A stretch of 63,684 bases of DNA, counting the filler, from Octopus bimaculoides (taxonomy: Eukaryota): NCBI RefSeq assembly GCF_001194135.2. It is 9 parts of 9 records of this genome, joined end to end, with 100 filler letters (N's around TTAATTAATTAA, not from the genome) between each part and the next. Parts side by side here need not be neighbours in the genome. Positions count along the whole stretch, not along the records: positions 44,759 to 57,653 come from NC_068990.1; positions 57,754 to 63,684 come from NW_026317554.1; 7 more parts are not named here. One strand, 5' to 3'. This document shows, piece after piece, positions 47,168 to 60,700 of the stretch. How positions within the stretch are numbered: position 1 is the stretch's first letter; every line of letters starts with the position of its first letter. The notes below the pieces were generated by a model. It had not been told where the DNA came from. It saw nothing but the letters and a program-made list of their open reading frames with translations, and searched no databases. The position numbers and the translations under genes were made by a program.

Positions 47168-48287
47168 ACTCCACACCACACTCCACAGGCATGCATATAT
47201 ATTTTCCCTTCTGCTTCAGCATGACTAAATAGTATTTTAGCATGAATGAAACCTGTAGCATATATTGAAGAAATGTAAACACTTTCTTTTATTCATGATA
47301 AAGTTCTCAAATAATTTTCTTCTATTTACTTTCTTGTTAAACATATATGTGTGCACCAGTGTTGCGTGTTTGTATGTGTGTTTCTGTGTGCACATGTATT
47401 TATGTCACTGTAACATTCGACCGTCATCACCTCCTCACCCATCAAATTTTTGTGTTTTTTCATATCTGCGGAAGCTTCTATTATCTATCTCCTGCTGCTG
47501 CACTCCCTTCCTCCTTTAACAGTCATTACCACATCCTGCTCTTCTCCCTTTTTTATTCACCCACACATTAACACTAGACTATTTATTCCTCAACACTAGT
47601 CGACATTTCTTTTATCTCGCTTGAGGTGTTCCACCGAAACGTTAGATTCCTCTTGCTCCTCACAACAAAGTATCTTTTTTTTCCCCACTGCTTGAATTAT
47701 TTATACACACTTAGCTCCAGTTGAAACGGCGCCAGCTGCAATCATTATCTTAAAAGAATAAGTTTTTCATTGAAAAATTAAGGAAGTATGTATATAATGC
47801 GCTTTAAACATGATAAAAAAATAGTGAGAAGTAAGTCAAGGGAACAGAAAGGCAAAGAGTGAAGGGGTGAAGCTGTTTAAAACTTGAAAAGGACTTAGAT
47901 GCACACGCACACACACACACACATATGTGTGTGTGTATATATATATATGTGTATGCAAAAACGCACAGACTCACTCATACACACGTATATACATATATAT
48001 ATATATANNNNNNNNNNNNNNNNNNNNNNNNNNNNNNNNNNNNNNNNNNNNNNNNNNNNNNNNNNNNNNNNNNNNNNNNNNNNNNNNNNNNNNNNNNNNN
48101 NNNNNNNNNNNNNNNNNNNNNNNNNNNNTATATACATACATACATACATATATATATATATATACATATATGTATAGATATATATATATATTGGAGGAGA
48201 TTCGTTATAGGTATGAGAATATACCATAAACAAGTACAAAAAATGAAGAAAAGATGTAGAAACAGAAATAGATTTATTATAAAACTG

Positions 48288-48456
48288 GATTCAATGCATA
48301 CGTACGTTTCAAAACACCATGCAAAAATGTAAGAAAAAATTTAAATCATAGTGATTGTAATTATAATTGAAAACAAAATATTTAAAATTAAGAATAAAAA
48401 TAAAAATAAAATTTAGAATTTAATTTATGCATTGTCATTCTCATCAGTGAGGAATC
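48288..48456 (-). ncRNA. Type I hammerhead ribozyme, intact core, about 130-nt AT-rich stem II
   Basis: GAUUC-cu-CA-CUGAUGA-GAAUGACAAUGCA...UGCAUGGUGUUUU-GAAAC-GUAC-GUA-UG-cauu-GAAUC. Confidence 0.7.
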
Positions 48457-48959
48457 TTTTCAAAGACATTAAAAAAGCTTAATAGGATGAAGTGAAATGA
48501 GATAAAAATAAAATAAAATAAGAATAAGATACAGTACGAGAACACAGATGGGGTAATAAGGGAAATCGTGTAATTTACAAACCAAGTTGTGAACGGAAAA
48601 AATAATAATATGAACAATAATAAAGGTGAGAGAGACGAAAAATAAAAATAAAGATATATCAATGTATATGCAAGTGTATACGTGCAGTGAAACTATAACA
48701 TCTAACGGATGTGTTTTAAAAAAATAATAATAGTAAACACCGTTCTAGACGATATACACTGTAAATAAGGCCACGTGAACTTATTAGAGTACAATGTAAC
48801 AATTTCACTAGCAAAAGAAAGCAATAGAGGGTTAAATGTATACATAGTAATATTATTGAAAACGAGTAAACATATTATTTACCAGAAGCTTAAAGCTGAT
48901 GAACAAGACTATGTTTGAAAATGAAAGCAGAGACAAAAACTAAATGAAAGAGTTTTCTT

Positions 48960-49630
48960 CAAAGAGAGACGGTGATCAAAGACAGGGTAGGCCGGTATGT
49001 TCAACAGAATTTCTCCACTTAAAAAAATTGCCAGGGGTAGGGGAGGGAATTGAAAGAAAAATGAAAAAGATAAGAAACAAAGACGATGGTGTAAGCTCAG
49101 GGCTATATGATGGATGTGACATCACTTCCCAAACAAGCCTCGATAAATTTTCACGAGTTAGGAAAGACGTGTGCGATCTAGCGTTGTCATGGTGGAATGC
49201 GATTCCTTTACGATTTGCCAATTCTGACTGTTTTTCTTTGAATGCTTCGCCCAGTTTCATTAGTTCTTAACAGTATATATCTGAATTGATCGTTTGGTTC
49301 CTTGTAAGCAACTCAAAATACAACAACACCTTTGTAATCCCACCAAATTGAGACCATGGACAATTTTTTGATGCAATTCGGCTTTCGATTTGGTTTGTGT
49401 TGGTTCCTTACGTTTGGGCCATGATCGCTTTCGATTGATGTTATTGTAGACAATCCAATTTCCATCACCAGTGATGATTCATTCCAAAAAAGGTTTTCAT
49501 TCGGTCATCATCAATTTCAGTAGGTCGACTAGAACATTGATCATCTTTGAGTGAAAAATCTCCAGAACAGAATTTTTAAAACCATTTCTGACATGTGCGT
49601 TCTGTTATGTAATCAACATCATCAGCGAGC
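48960..49630 (-). mobile_element. Decayed mariner (DD34D-type) transposase
   Basis: RIITGDGNWIVYNNINRKRSW, then HHDNARSHTS...HPSYSPELTPS. There are 34 residues from the second D to the position of the lost third D; frameshifted. Confidence 0.9.
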
Positions 49631-50464
49631 CTCAATAGTTCTCTTGTCTTTAAGGAAATATAAAAGCAATATAGGCGAAAATGTTCGTTTGTGCATTCTA
49701 TGTTAAAATTGACACTGACCTAACAACTTAACAAAATTACTTGCAATTTGAATCAAAAGTAAGCTAAAAGTAATGGCTATCAAATGTCAAAAGGAAAAAA
49801 ATAAAAAAAAGGAAAAAAATTGACAAGCGTCATTCAAAAAATCGTAATTGTACCTATTTGCGAAAAGCGAGATTACTTTCTTCTCAACCCAACATATATA
49901 TATATATATANNNNNNNNNNNNNNNNNNNNNNNNNNNNNNNNNNNNNNNNNNNNNNNNNNNNNNNNNNNNNNNNNNNNNNNNNNNNNNNNNNNNNNNNNN
50001 NNNNNNNNNNNNNNNNNNNNNNNNNNNNNNNNNNNNNNNNNNNNNNNNNNNNNNNNNNNNNNNNNNNNNNNNNNNNNNNNNNNNNNNNNNNNNNNNNNNN
50101 NNNNNNNNNNNNNNNNNNNNNNNNNNNNNNNNNNNNNNNNNNNNNNNNNNNNNNNNNNNNNNNNNNNNNNNNNNNNNNNNNNNNNNNNNNNNNNNNNNNN
50201 NNNNNNNNNNNNNNNNNNNNNNNNNNNNNNNNNNNNNNNNNNNTATATGGGTACATGACGTTACCAACGGTGCAAATAACATGAAATACGTAAGCAAAGG
50301 AGTTAAGTATATAAACAAAAAATGGAGAAACAGGACAAGAAACAAAGAGAAAGGACCCTGCATCAATTATCGGCTCTCTATCTACTCCTCACATATACAT
50401 ACGCACACACGTACGACGCACACACATGTATATGTATATATAAATGATTTATTTAGGCAACAGT

Positions 50465-50510
<46 letters not shown>

Positions 50511-51212
50511 TTATGCATAGGTATATTTTACACAAATGAAAGTGGAGAGATTGTTGGGAATCATATTGAGAAAATGCTACATGGATTGTACAGTCAGATC
50601 AACAATAAAAATAAACAAAGCAAAGAAACAGAGAAGAGAAAAATATAGCACAACAATAAACTCTGAAATAAAGATAACAGTGGTTCTCGTTGATGGAAGT
50701 GATAATATGGTAGATGAATCGCAAAAGTATTTCGGACATTTCCTTCGCCACAAGTGGATCATCGATCACATTAAATTACTTCACGCCATGTTTAATAAGA
50801 AGCAAAGTTATTGTACTCTTAACATGCTCCAATTAAAGATATGCTACAATTAAGATATTATTTCAATTGTTACTCGATCTTTCTACAAGAGCAGCAGGAG
50901 TAGCTGTAGTAGAATTAGCAGTCCTAATAGTGGCAGAGACGGAAAGCAGCGGATGTTGTTTATAGTTTTGAATCTGTTCTGGAAATGGTGCTACATTTTC
51001 AGAGTTCAAGATTAAGTTTATATAATGCAAGGTGTATTATGTAATGAAGTTAATATCTTGAAGTAAGCTCAAAGATACATACATATACACACCTTGTCTG
51101 CCTTGTTTGGGTGTGTGAATAGAACCAAGCTCATAATTCCGCAAAAAGATGATATAGTACTATATATAATTACCAATAACCAGAAATACAATAAAAAGAT
51201 AAAAAACAATTT

Positions 51213-51255
<43 letters not shown>

Positions 51256-51803
51256 CAGTTATTTATATATGCAAACTCTTCGGATTCTTTCATATTCTTC
51301 GATACCAAATTCAAATTTCTAATCCTAACTTACATTGTGGGGAGATACCTCCCTTTATATTGATGACCATCTAGAAGACTGCTCGTGCACGCGTACGCAT
51401 ATGTGTGTGCATGATTGTATGCATATACATAGAGAGTGAGTAAGAGAGAAACAGACACAGAGAGAAGCAGAGAAACAGAGACATAGAAGTTGAGAGAGAG
51501 AGGGTGTGTGTGTGTGTGTGTGTGTGTATAACTAGTGTTGCTGCATCGTCAACATTTTTTCTGTTTTTCCTGTGTGTGCACTGTAATCTTTTCATGGATG
51601 AAAACCAGTGAAAGGAAAACTGAGAATATAATGTGTGAGTTCTTTTCTCAGTTTTCCCTTTCGATGAATAAGGATGCACATAGAGTTCTAAATAACGCTT
51701 ATATGTCTATGTCAGGCAATTGAAATCGCACTTCACGAATACATAAATATATATGTATGTGTGTGTATGTATGCATATAATTGGATATATTTATGTATGG
51801 TTG

Positions 51804-51872
<69 letters not shown>

Positions 51873-52699
51873 GGATGGATGGATCGATCGATGTATGTAT
51901 GTTTCCTTGTCAAGTTGTAAACCAGTCTCATTTTCTCTGTTTTTGTGTGTCACGTGTGCACGTGTCTTACAACAAATCCCTTTCGCAATATCTCTCATAC
52001 TATCCTTTGCTGTCATTCTTTATCTGGTTCCACGCACATTTATTTTCACTCTCTTTTTCATACATATTCCTTCTCCATTTTAATATATTTTTCAATATCT
52101 TTTGCTCTCCCGCCCCCAACACCACTTCGCTGTCCCCCCTTTTACCTCTTATTCCTGTTTGAATGATAGACATTTGGGTTTTAAGCATTTCCTTGATATC
52201 TTTATATTCTATTCTTATTGGTTTTATCTAATTCTGATTCGAAAGACACTAGGAGGCTTCCGGTGATGTGGAAACACCGACCTTAATCTGCAGATAAATA
52301 TTTTCTACGCATGCACCCACATGCGTATTAAACAACAAAAACATCCTACAACAAATTTTCCTAGCAATCTGATATATTTTATTCTAATATCCTGAGGCTG
52401 GTGGATTGGTAGCATTTTTAGAGAGATGGACCAACGATTTTTGCCGCATTTGATAATGGTTCATTAAGTTTTGAGTTCAAATCCCGTCTTGATTGATTTT
52501 GAATTACAATTTTTTCGGAGAAAAGTGAATGAAATTAGAATCAACTTCTAATACTGATCTAATAGGTTATACGTCACTATTATCCAAATTTTATACCTTT
52601 TATACCTTTGATAAAGATCAATATTAGAGTTAATTTGTTGTATTGTATCCAGCTATTATTCACCTTTTAGTATGATTAGGTTGTTGCATCACACTTTCG

Positions 52700-52955
52700 C
52701 CCTCGAGGTGTTTAGTATAGTCACGAACAGACCGAGGCACCTCCTGAGCCTCCTCACATTTGTGCCGGCAGCACATCCAGGATGTGACAGAGAACTTCGC
52801 TCGTTATCGGCCACCACTTTATTTTCAGTGGAGTAGAGTGTAACAACAGGAAGGGCTATACGTTGTTCAAGAACGTACCACAGCGCCAGGCCCATGAATT
52901 GAACCTTGGTGATCATTAGCGGAATGCCTTAGCGAATAAGCTATGCACCTTCAGA
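52700..52955 (-). mobile_element. Degenerate tRNA-headed CORE/V-type SINE
   Basis: The reverse strand begins tgaaggtgcatagcttattcgctaaggcattcc...ggttcaattcatggg...gtggtacgttcttgaac...ctctactccactg. Confidence 0.6.
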
Positions 52956-53700
52956 AGTGTTATATCATTTAATTCATTTCTGTCCTGTATTATGTTTGGC
53001 ATTACAATATGCCATTCAGTTGCAAAGTTTTAGTAAGCAGAGTATAGTTCAAAGCAAACTGTGTTATCCACAATGCTCGATGGTCGCACATGTGTGTGTG
53101 TGTGAGAGAGTTCGCGCGCGTATGCGGTTATCTCTATATTGTGCAACAGAAAACAAAGGTGGCCACGGTTGGCTTGCCTTTGACCACAGGTTCACTCAAT
53201 CAGAACATTTCTGGGGCTAAGTAACGATACCAAGTAGTAGAAGTCATACACGGAGACTGTGTGGCTGCATATGCTGGAAATAGGAATTAGGTCTTCCTCT
53301 AATTAAACTACAACGTCTAAAAACAAATCAAGACAGACTGGATAACGAAGTCCTAGGTAATTAACGGTATACAAAGCATTGGTGATTAGAATATGTGTCC
53401 CATCATATTTAGCACGTTCATGGAGACACAAATGTGGAAATCCTCCTTAAAGGCATTGTTTATGAAAATACATAGCTTTGGGCTAAGAATGATTAGGATG
53501 GTTACAGACCTATACACACACAGATGCATGCTCACATGTGCATCTAGACATATATACACGTGAACAGCCACTATATATAATTATTTGCTCTACGCTATAT
53601 AAATGCATCGTTTATTTAGATAGCTAGCTAGCTAGCTAGATAGATAGATAGATGGATTTGTTACGATGCTAAATTCTGCTCTAATAAGTAGCGTATCAAA

Positions 53701-54270
53701 GGCAGCGAGCTGACAGAAACGTTAGCACACCAGGCGAAATGTTTAGCAGTATTTCGCCTGTCTTTACGTTCTGAGTTCAAATTCCGCCGTGGTCGAGTAT
53801 GTCTTTCATCCTTTCGGGATCGATAAATTAAGTACCAGTTACGTACTGGAGTTAATCTAATCGACTGGCCCCCTCCCCCAAAATTTCGGGCCTTGAACCT
53901 AGAGTAGAAAAGAATATTTTAAAGGCCGCAAGCTGGCAGAATCGTTAGCACGCCGGGTGAAATGCTTAGCGGTATTTCGTCTGCCGTTACGTTCTTGGTT
54001 CAAATTCAGCCGAGGTCGACTTTGCTTTTCATCCTTTCGGCGTCGATCAAATAAGTACCAGTTAAGTACTGGGGTCGATGTAATCGACTTAATCCCTTTG
54101 TCTGTCCTTGTTTATCCCTTCTATGTTTAGCCCCTTGTGGACAATAAAGAAATAAGAAACGTTAGCACGCCGGCCGAAATGCTTAGCAGTATTTCGTCTG
54201 TCTTTACAGTCTAATCGACTAGCCCCCTCCCCCCAAAATTTCGGCCCTTGTGCCTAAAGTAGAAAAGAAT
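53701..54270 (+). mobile_element. Head-to-tail trimer of family B SINEs (53701-53914; 53924-54155; 54156-54270, internally deleted)
   Basis: Three successive heads (gaaacgttagcac...gaaatg.ttagc.gtatttcg). Copies 1 and 3 end in ccttg..cctag/aagtagaaaagaat; copy 3 lacks the B-box and Meta block. Confidence 0.9.
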
Positions 54271-54394
54271 ATATAGTGTATCAGAAAGTGACAAAAATAT
54301 TTCATACAGACTAAATTTGAATTGCACGCGGAGTAAAATACATTCAGTCACACAGAAAAATATACACATTCATTTGCCACATTTGTTACGTCCA

Positions 54395-54472
54395 TCTCTC
54401 TCTCCACTTCTCTCTCTCTCTCTCCACTTCTCTCTCTCTCTCCACTTCTCTCTCTCNNNNNNNNNNNNNNNN

Positions 54473-54503
<31 letters not shown>

Positions 54504-54663
54504 CTTCTCTCTCTGTTTCCACTTCTCTTTCTCTTTCCACTTCTCTCTCTCTCTCTCTCTTCACTTCTCTCTCTCTCTCTCCACTTCTCTCTCTCTCTCC
54601 ACTTCTCTCTCTCTCTCCACTTCTCTCTCTCCACTTCTCACTCTCTATCCTCTTCTCTCTATC

Positions 54664-54746
<83 letters not shown>
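54395..54746. repeat. CT-derived minisatellite (TCTCTCTCTCCACT)n grading into pure (CT)n
   Basis: More than 10 CCACT-punctuated units, then a pure (CT)n run to 54746. Confidence 0.9.
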
Positions 54747-54753
<7 letters not shown>

Positions 54754-55370
54754 AATGTGTACATAATTTCTTTAATCATCTGTGTCCAATGATCTTGTCA
54801 GTGGTTTCATTCCTGTGAAAACTCATCAACATTCTATGAATATAGGATAACTGGCAACGCTTTTTTAAGCTAAAGCACAGTGACGGCACCTTGCTTCTGC
54901 TTGGAATCCATTATTTGCTTCTATTCAAGAACGGAGAGGTTGATCTACCAATTTAGGCAATTTCAATTAACTTAGTTACTTGAAATGTTTTCCACCTTTG
55001 CACAGATTTCGATACAATCCTCTATGCCTTGGTGTATATATACACACACAGACTTATACATATACATACAGACAGACATATATACAAACACACACACACA
55101 CGCAAAATTCCACTGACTGGTATATATATATATATATATATNNNNNNNNNNNNNNNNNNNNNNNNNNNNNNNNNNNNNNNNNNNNNNNNNNNNNNNNNNN
55201 NNNNNNNNNNNNNNNNNNNNNNNNNNNNNNNNNNNNNNNNNNNNNNNNNNNNNNNNNNNNNNNNNNNNNNNNNNNNNNNNNNNNNNNNNNNNNNNNNNNN
55301 NNNNNNNNNNNNNNNNNNNATATAAATATATATATACATTTATATGATGTATGTATATTGTAAGTATAGA

Positions 55371-55417
<47 letters not shown>

Positions 55418-55996
55418 ACGCGTATGCGTGTGTGTATGTGTGTATACATGTATGTATATTATATATTTTCTACAGATACATATTTTCTGACTCTTTCATT
55501 GTCTACACAGACACACGCACACATGCGAGCACAGACACGCTCCCGCTCGCACGCACACACGCACGCACACGCTCATATATATATATATATATATATGTAT
55601 ATATCAAATACACACATACATAAATACATAGATGCATGCATGCATACATACATACATGCATACATGCATATATATATACTCACTCACAAACAATGCGCAA
55701 ACGCATACGTGCGTGCACTTACAGACATGTATATGTAATGGCGTGGGTAGTTACCATAAAATATGATTTTGTCTCAGTGAAATATTTTAATTCCTCTACT
55801 AGAATGATAATAAAGTTCAATGAATTTCACAAAATAATTGCCTCCCTAATTTAAATTTATTCACAATTTCAAGCTTCAAATTAAATTGCCATATAAGTTG
55901 TTTTGTTTTCTTATTTTATTTTGCTTGATTATGCTTTTAATATCATCCATGATCATGTTCCTGATTCTCTGGTGAAATGAAACAGCAAATTTCTCT

Positions 55997-55998
55997 TG

Positions 55999-56054
<56 letters not shown>

Positions 56055-56110
56055 CATTATTATTATCATTATTATTATTATTATTATTATCATCATTAGT
56101 ATTATTATTA

Positions 56111-56174
<64 letters not shown>

Positions 56175-56450
56175 CATTATTATTATTATTTTATGTTTGA
56201 CTTTTGTTTTGCATTTGTACAAGTTGGATCCAAGTCTCACCCAGAGACNNNNNNNNNNNNNNNNNNNNNNNNNNNNNNNNNNNNNNNNNNNNNNNNNNNN
56301 NNNNNNNNNNNNNNNNNNNNNNNNNNNNNNNNNNNNNNNNNNNNNNNNNNNNNNNNNNNNNNNNNNNNNNNNNNNNNNNNNNNNNNNNNNNNNNNNNNNN
56401 NNNNNNNNNNNNNNNNNNNNNNNNNNNNNNNNNNNNNNNNNNNNNNNNNN

Positions 56451-56524
<74 letters not shown>

Positions 56525-56536
56525 CATTATTATTAT
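55997..56536. repeat. Long (ATT)n arrays flanking a gap
   Basis: Direct reading. Confidence 0.95.
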
Positions 56537-57000
56537 GGTAGTGGGCAATAAACATGATGGTTTTAAACAATCAGGATCTGAATAACAACTTGTAAAATTT
56601 TAAATTGTGAATATAAATCTGATGTATTTGAGATATAAACTGTGGTTTGTCACTGTGTGTTTGCGTGTGTTTGTTCGTGTGTGAAGTGCATTCCCCTGTG
56701 TTGGGGGAGAATGTGTGTAACTTCAATTCCTAATGTATGAATGTTTGTGGGGTTGCGTGCGTTTCCATATGTCTGTGAAAGTGTTTGCTACATTTTTAAC
56801 TAGCCGATTTGCAAACTCACTGTTGAAGAAGGTTGGCATGTGTAACAGAAATAGAACGAAAGAGGGAAAGACAGTGAAAGAGAGAGGGAGTGTGTGCGTG
56901 GTATGTGTGGTATGAGTGTATGGGTGTGTATCCATATAAATTATTTCTAATTTTGCACAGGGCCAACAATTTTAAGAAGGTTAAGACGATTACTTTAACT

Positions 57001-57140
57001 CCAGTGTTCAACTACTACTTATTTTATCGACCCCGAAGGATGAAAGACAAAGTCTCGATCTCGGGGAAATTTGAACTCAGAACGTAACGACACGGAAGAA
57101 ATGCCGCTAAGCATCGTATTCGGACCACACTTGATTCTGC
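57001..57140 (-). mobile_element. Family B SINE
   Basis: tacttattttatcgaccccgaaggatgaaagacaaagtc...aatttgaactcagaacgtaa. Confidence 0.8.
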
Positions 57141-57583
57141 AAGCACTCTGCTATTAATAGTTTCAAATTTTGGCCCAAGGCTAGCAAAGCCAAGGGAAAA
57201 ACAAGATCATAACCATCCCCAATAATTGACTGATACCTTAATTTATCGATTCTGAGAGGGTGAATGGCAAAGTTGGTGTGGCGTGTTTTTAGCTCAGATC
57301 ATAAAGAAGAAAAGGAGGTAAGCATTTTGTCCAACGCATTAAGGAATCTGTCAATTCACTGCCTTAACAACAATAATGACAGCAACAGCGAGAATGATTT
57401 TAGAATTAATATTTGCATTTCCGAGTGTACTCTACATATAACTTGCAGCCTATGCAATGGATTATAGTTTCCTACCTACTTTCTAACTTGATATTATTAT
57501 ATATAAGAATACACTATAAGACAAATTGGGAGGCCTAATAAGAGATATATTGCGAGATACATACGTTCAGGCGTATATATATG

Positions 57584-57653
<70 letters not shown>

Positions 57654-57753
57654 NNNNNNNNNNNNNNNNNNNNNNNNNNNNNNNNNNNNNNNNNNNNTTA
57701 ATTAATTAANNNNNNNNNNNNNNNNNNNNNNNNNNNNNNNNNNNNNNNNNNNN

Positions 57754-60700
57754 GTACTTACATAGGTACGTAAATATGTACGTGCATACATACATACATC
57801 CATACATACCTACGTAGGTACGTACGTATGTATGTACGTATGTACGTACATTCATACGTAAGTACGTACGTACACACGTACGTACGTACATACATAACTA
57901 CGTACGTAAGTACATACATAAATGCATACGTACGTACGTACATAGATACCTACGTACGTATATACATACCTAAGTATGTACGAACGTACGTACATACATA
58001 GCTACGTATGTACGTACGTACATACATAGCTACGTATGTACGTACGTACATACATAGCTACTTTTTTACGTACATATATAAGTACGTACGTAAATACATA
58101 CCTAGATACGTACGTATATACATACCTACGTACGTATATACATACCTACGTACGTACGTACATACACACCTACCTACGTACTTACATTCGTACGTACATA
58201 CCTACGTATTTACGAACGTACACATATACGTACGTACATACATACCTACATACGTACGTACGTGAACACATACGTGAACACATACGTGAATACATACGTA
58301 CAGACGTACGTACATACATAACTACGTACGTACCTATGTACATACATGCCTACGTATGTACGAAATTACGTACATACATACCTACGTACGCACGTACATG
58401 CATACCTACTTTTTTACGTACATACATACATACATACATACATANNNNNNNNNNNACATACATACATACATACATACAAATGTACCTACGTACGTGGTAC
58501 ATATATAGCTACGTACGTACGTACGTACATACATACCTACATACGTACATACATAACTACATACGTACGTATATACATACGTAGTACCTACGTAGTACCT
58601 ACGTACATACATACGTACAAACATACTTACGTACGTACATACATACGTACGTACATACATACGTACGTACATACATANNNNNNNNNNTACATACGTACGT
58701 ACATACATACGTACGTACATACATACGCACGTAGTTACGTACGTACGTACGTACATATATATGTTCGAACATACCTACATATATACCTACGTACATACGT
58801 ACATACGCACATACATACGTACATACAAACGTGCGTACGTATATACATAGATACGTACATACTAACATACCTACGTAAGTACGTAAATACATACCTACGT
58901 ACGTACACACATACGTACGTAGGTACATATAGGACTACATTCGTATGTACATACATAACAAAGTATGTACGTACCTACGAAAGTGCATACATACGAACGT
59001 ACTTACATACATACCTAAGTAATACATACGTACGTACATACATACCTACATACGTACGTTCGTAAATACATACATAATTACATACGTCAGTACGTACATA
59101 CATAACTATCTACGTAAGAACGTTCATACATAAAAACCTTCTGCATGTACGGACGTTCGTACGAACGTAGGTTTGTATGTATGAACGTACATACGTACGT
59201 AGTTATGTATGTACGTACGGGCGTACGCACTTATGTATATATTTGCGAACGTACGTATGTAGGTATGTATGTACGTACATATGTACATACATAGGAATGT
59301 ATGTAGGTACGTACGTATGTATGTACCTTTGTACATCCGTAGATACGTACGTAGATGCGTACTTACGTACGTACGGACGTACATAAGTAAGTACGTACAT
59401 ACGTACATACGTACGTAAGTAGGCATGTATNNNNNNNNNNCATAAGTAAGTACGTACATACGTACATACGTACGTAAGTAGGCATGTATGTGCGTAGGTA
59501 CGTACGTAGGTATGTACGTACGTACGTAGCTATACCCGTACGTACGTACGCAACTAATTATATACAAACGTTCGTACGTACATACGTCGTTACGTACGTA
59601 GGTACAGATGTATGTATGTACGGATGTACGTAGATTCGGAGTAATGTATGTACGTATGTACGTATGAATGTACGTACATACGTATGTACATACGTACATA
59701 CATAGGTACGTATCTACGTAGGTATGTTCGTAGGTTTCTACGTACGTACGTTCGTAGGTTTCTACGTACGTACGTGCGTAGGTATGTACTTACGTAAGTA
59801 GGTATATACGTACGTACGTATTTGTGTACGTACGTATATATGTATGTACGTACGTAGGCATGTGTGTACTTACGTACGTACGTAGGTATGTATGCACATA
59901 CATACGTTTGTACGTACGTAGTTATGTATGTACTGACGTACGTACGTAATTATGTATGTATTTACGAACGTACGTATATACGTACGTTGGTATGTACTTA
60001 CGTATGTATGTACGTACGTATGTTCGTACTTATTTACGTACGTACGTATGCTGGAAGGTAGATACATATGTAGGTACGGACGTAGGTTCGTATGTAGGTA
60101 CGTACGTACGTAGATATGTACGTTCGTACGTAGGTAGGTATGTATGTACGTACGAAAGGACTTACGTAGTTATGTACGTATGTACGTACGTAGGTATGTA
60201 TGTACATACGTACGTGCGTACGTACGTAGGTATATATGTACGTACGTACGTAGGTATGTATGTAGGCCCTTACATAGATATGTATTTTCGTACATACGTA
60301 CCGAGTTATATACGTAGCTAGGAATGTACGTACGTACAAATGTATTTACGAACGTACATAGGTATTTACGTACGTACCTAGGTACGAACGTACGTTCGGA
60401 AATACGTAGTTACGCAGGTACGTAGGTAGGTACGTACTGGCGTTTCGACGTACGTCCGCACGTACGTATGCACGTACGTATGCACGTACGTATGCACGTA
60501 CGTATGCNNNNNNNNNNNNNNNNNNNNNNNNNNNNNNNNNNNNNNNNNNNNNNNNNNNNNNNNNNNNNNNNNNNNNNNNNNNNNNNNNNNNNNNNNNNNN
60601 NNNNNNNNNNNNNNNNNNNNNNNNNNNNNNNNNNNNNNNNNNNNNNNNNNNNNNNNNNNNNNNNNNNNNNNNNNNNNNNNNNNNNNNNNNNNNNNNNNNN

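Noticed and set aside
50536-50853. 105-aa plus-strand ORF
   Set aside because: K/I-rich composition typical of AT-rich noncoding DNA, with no motif or splice support.
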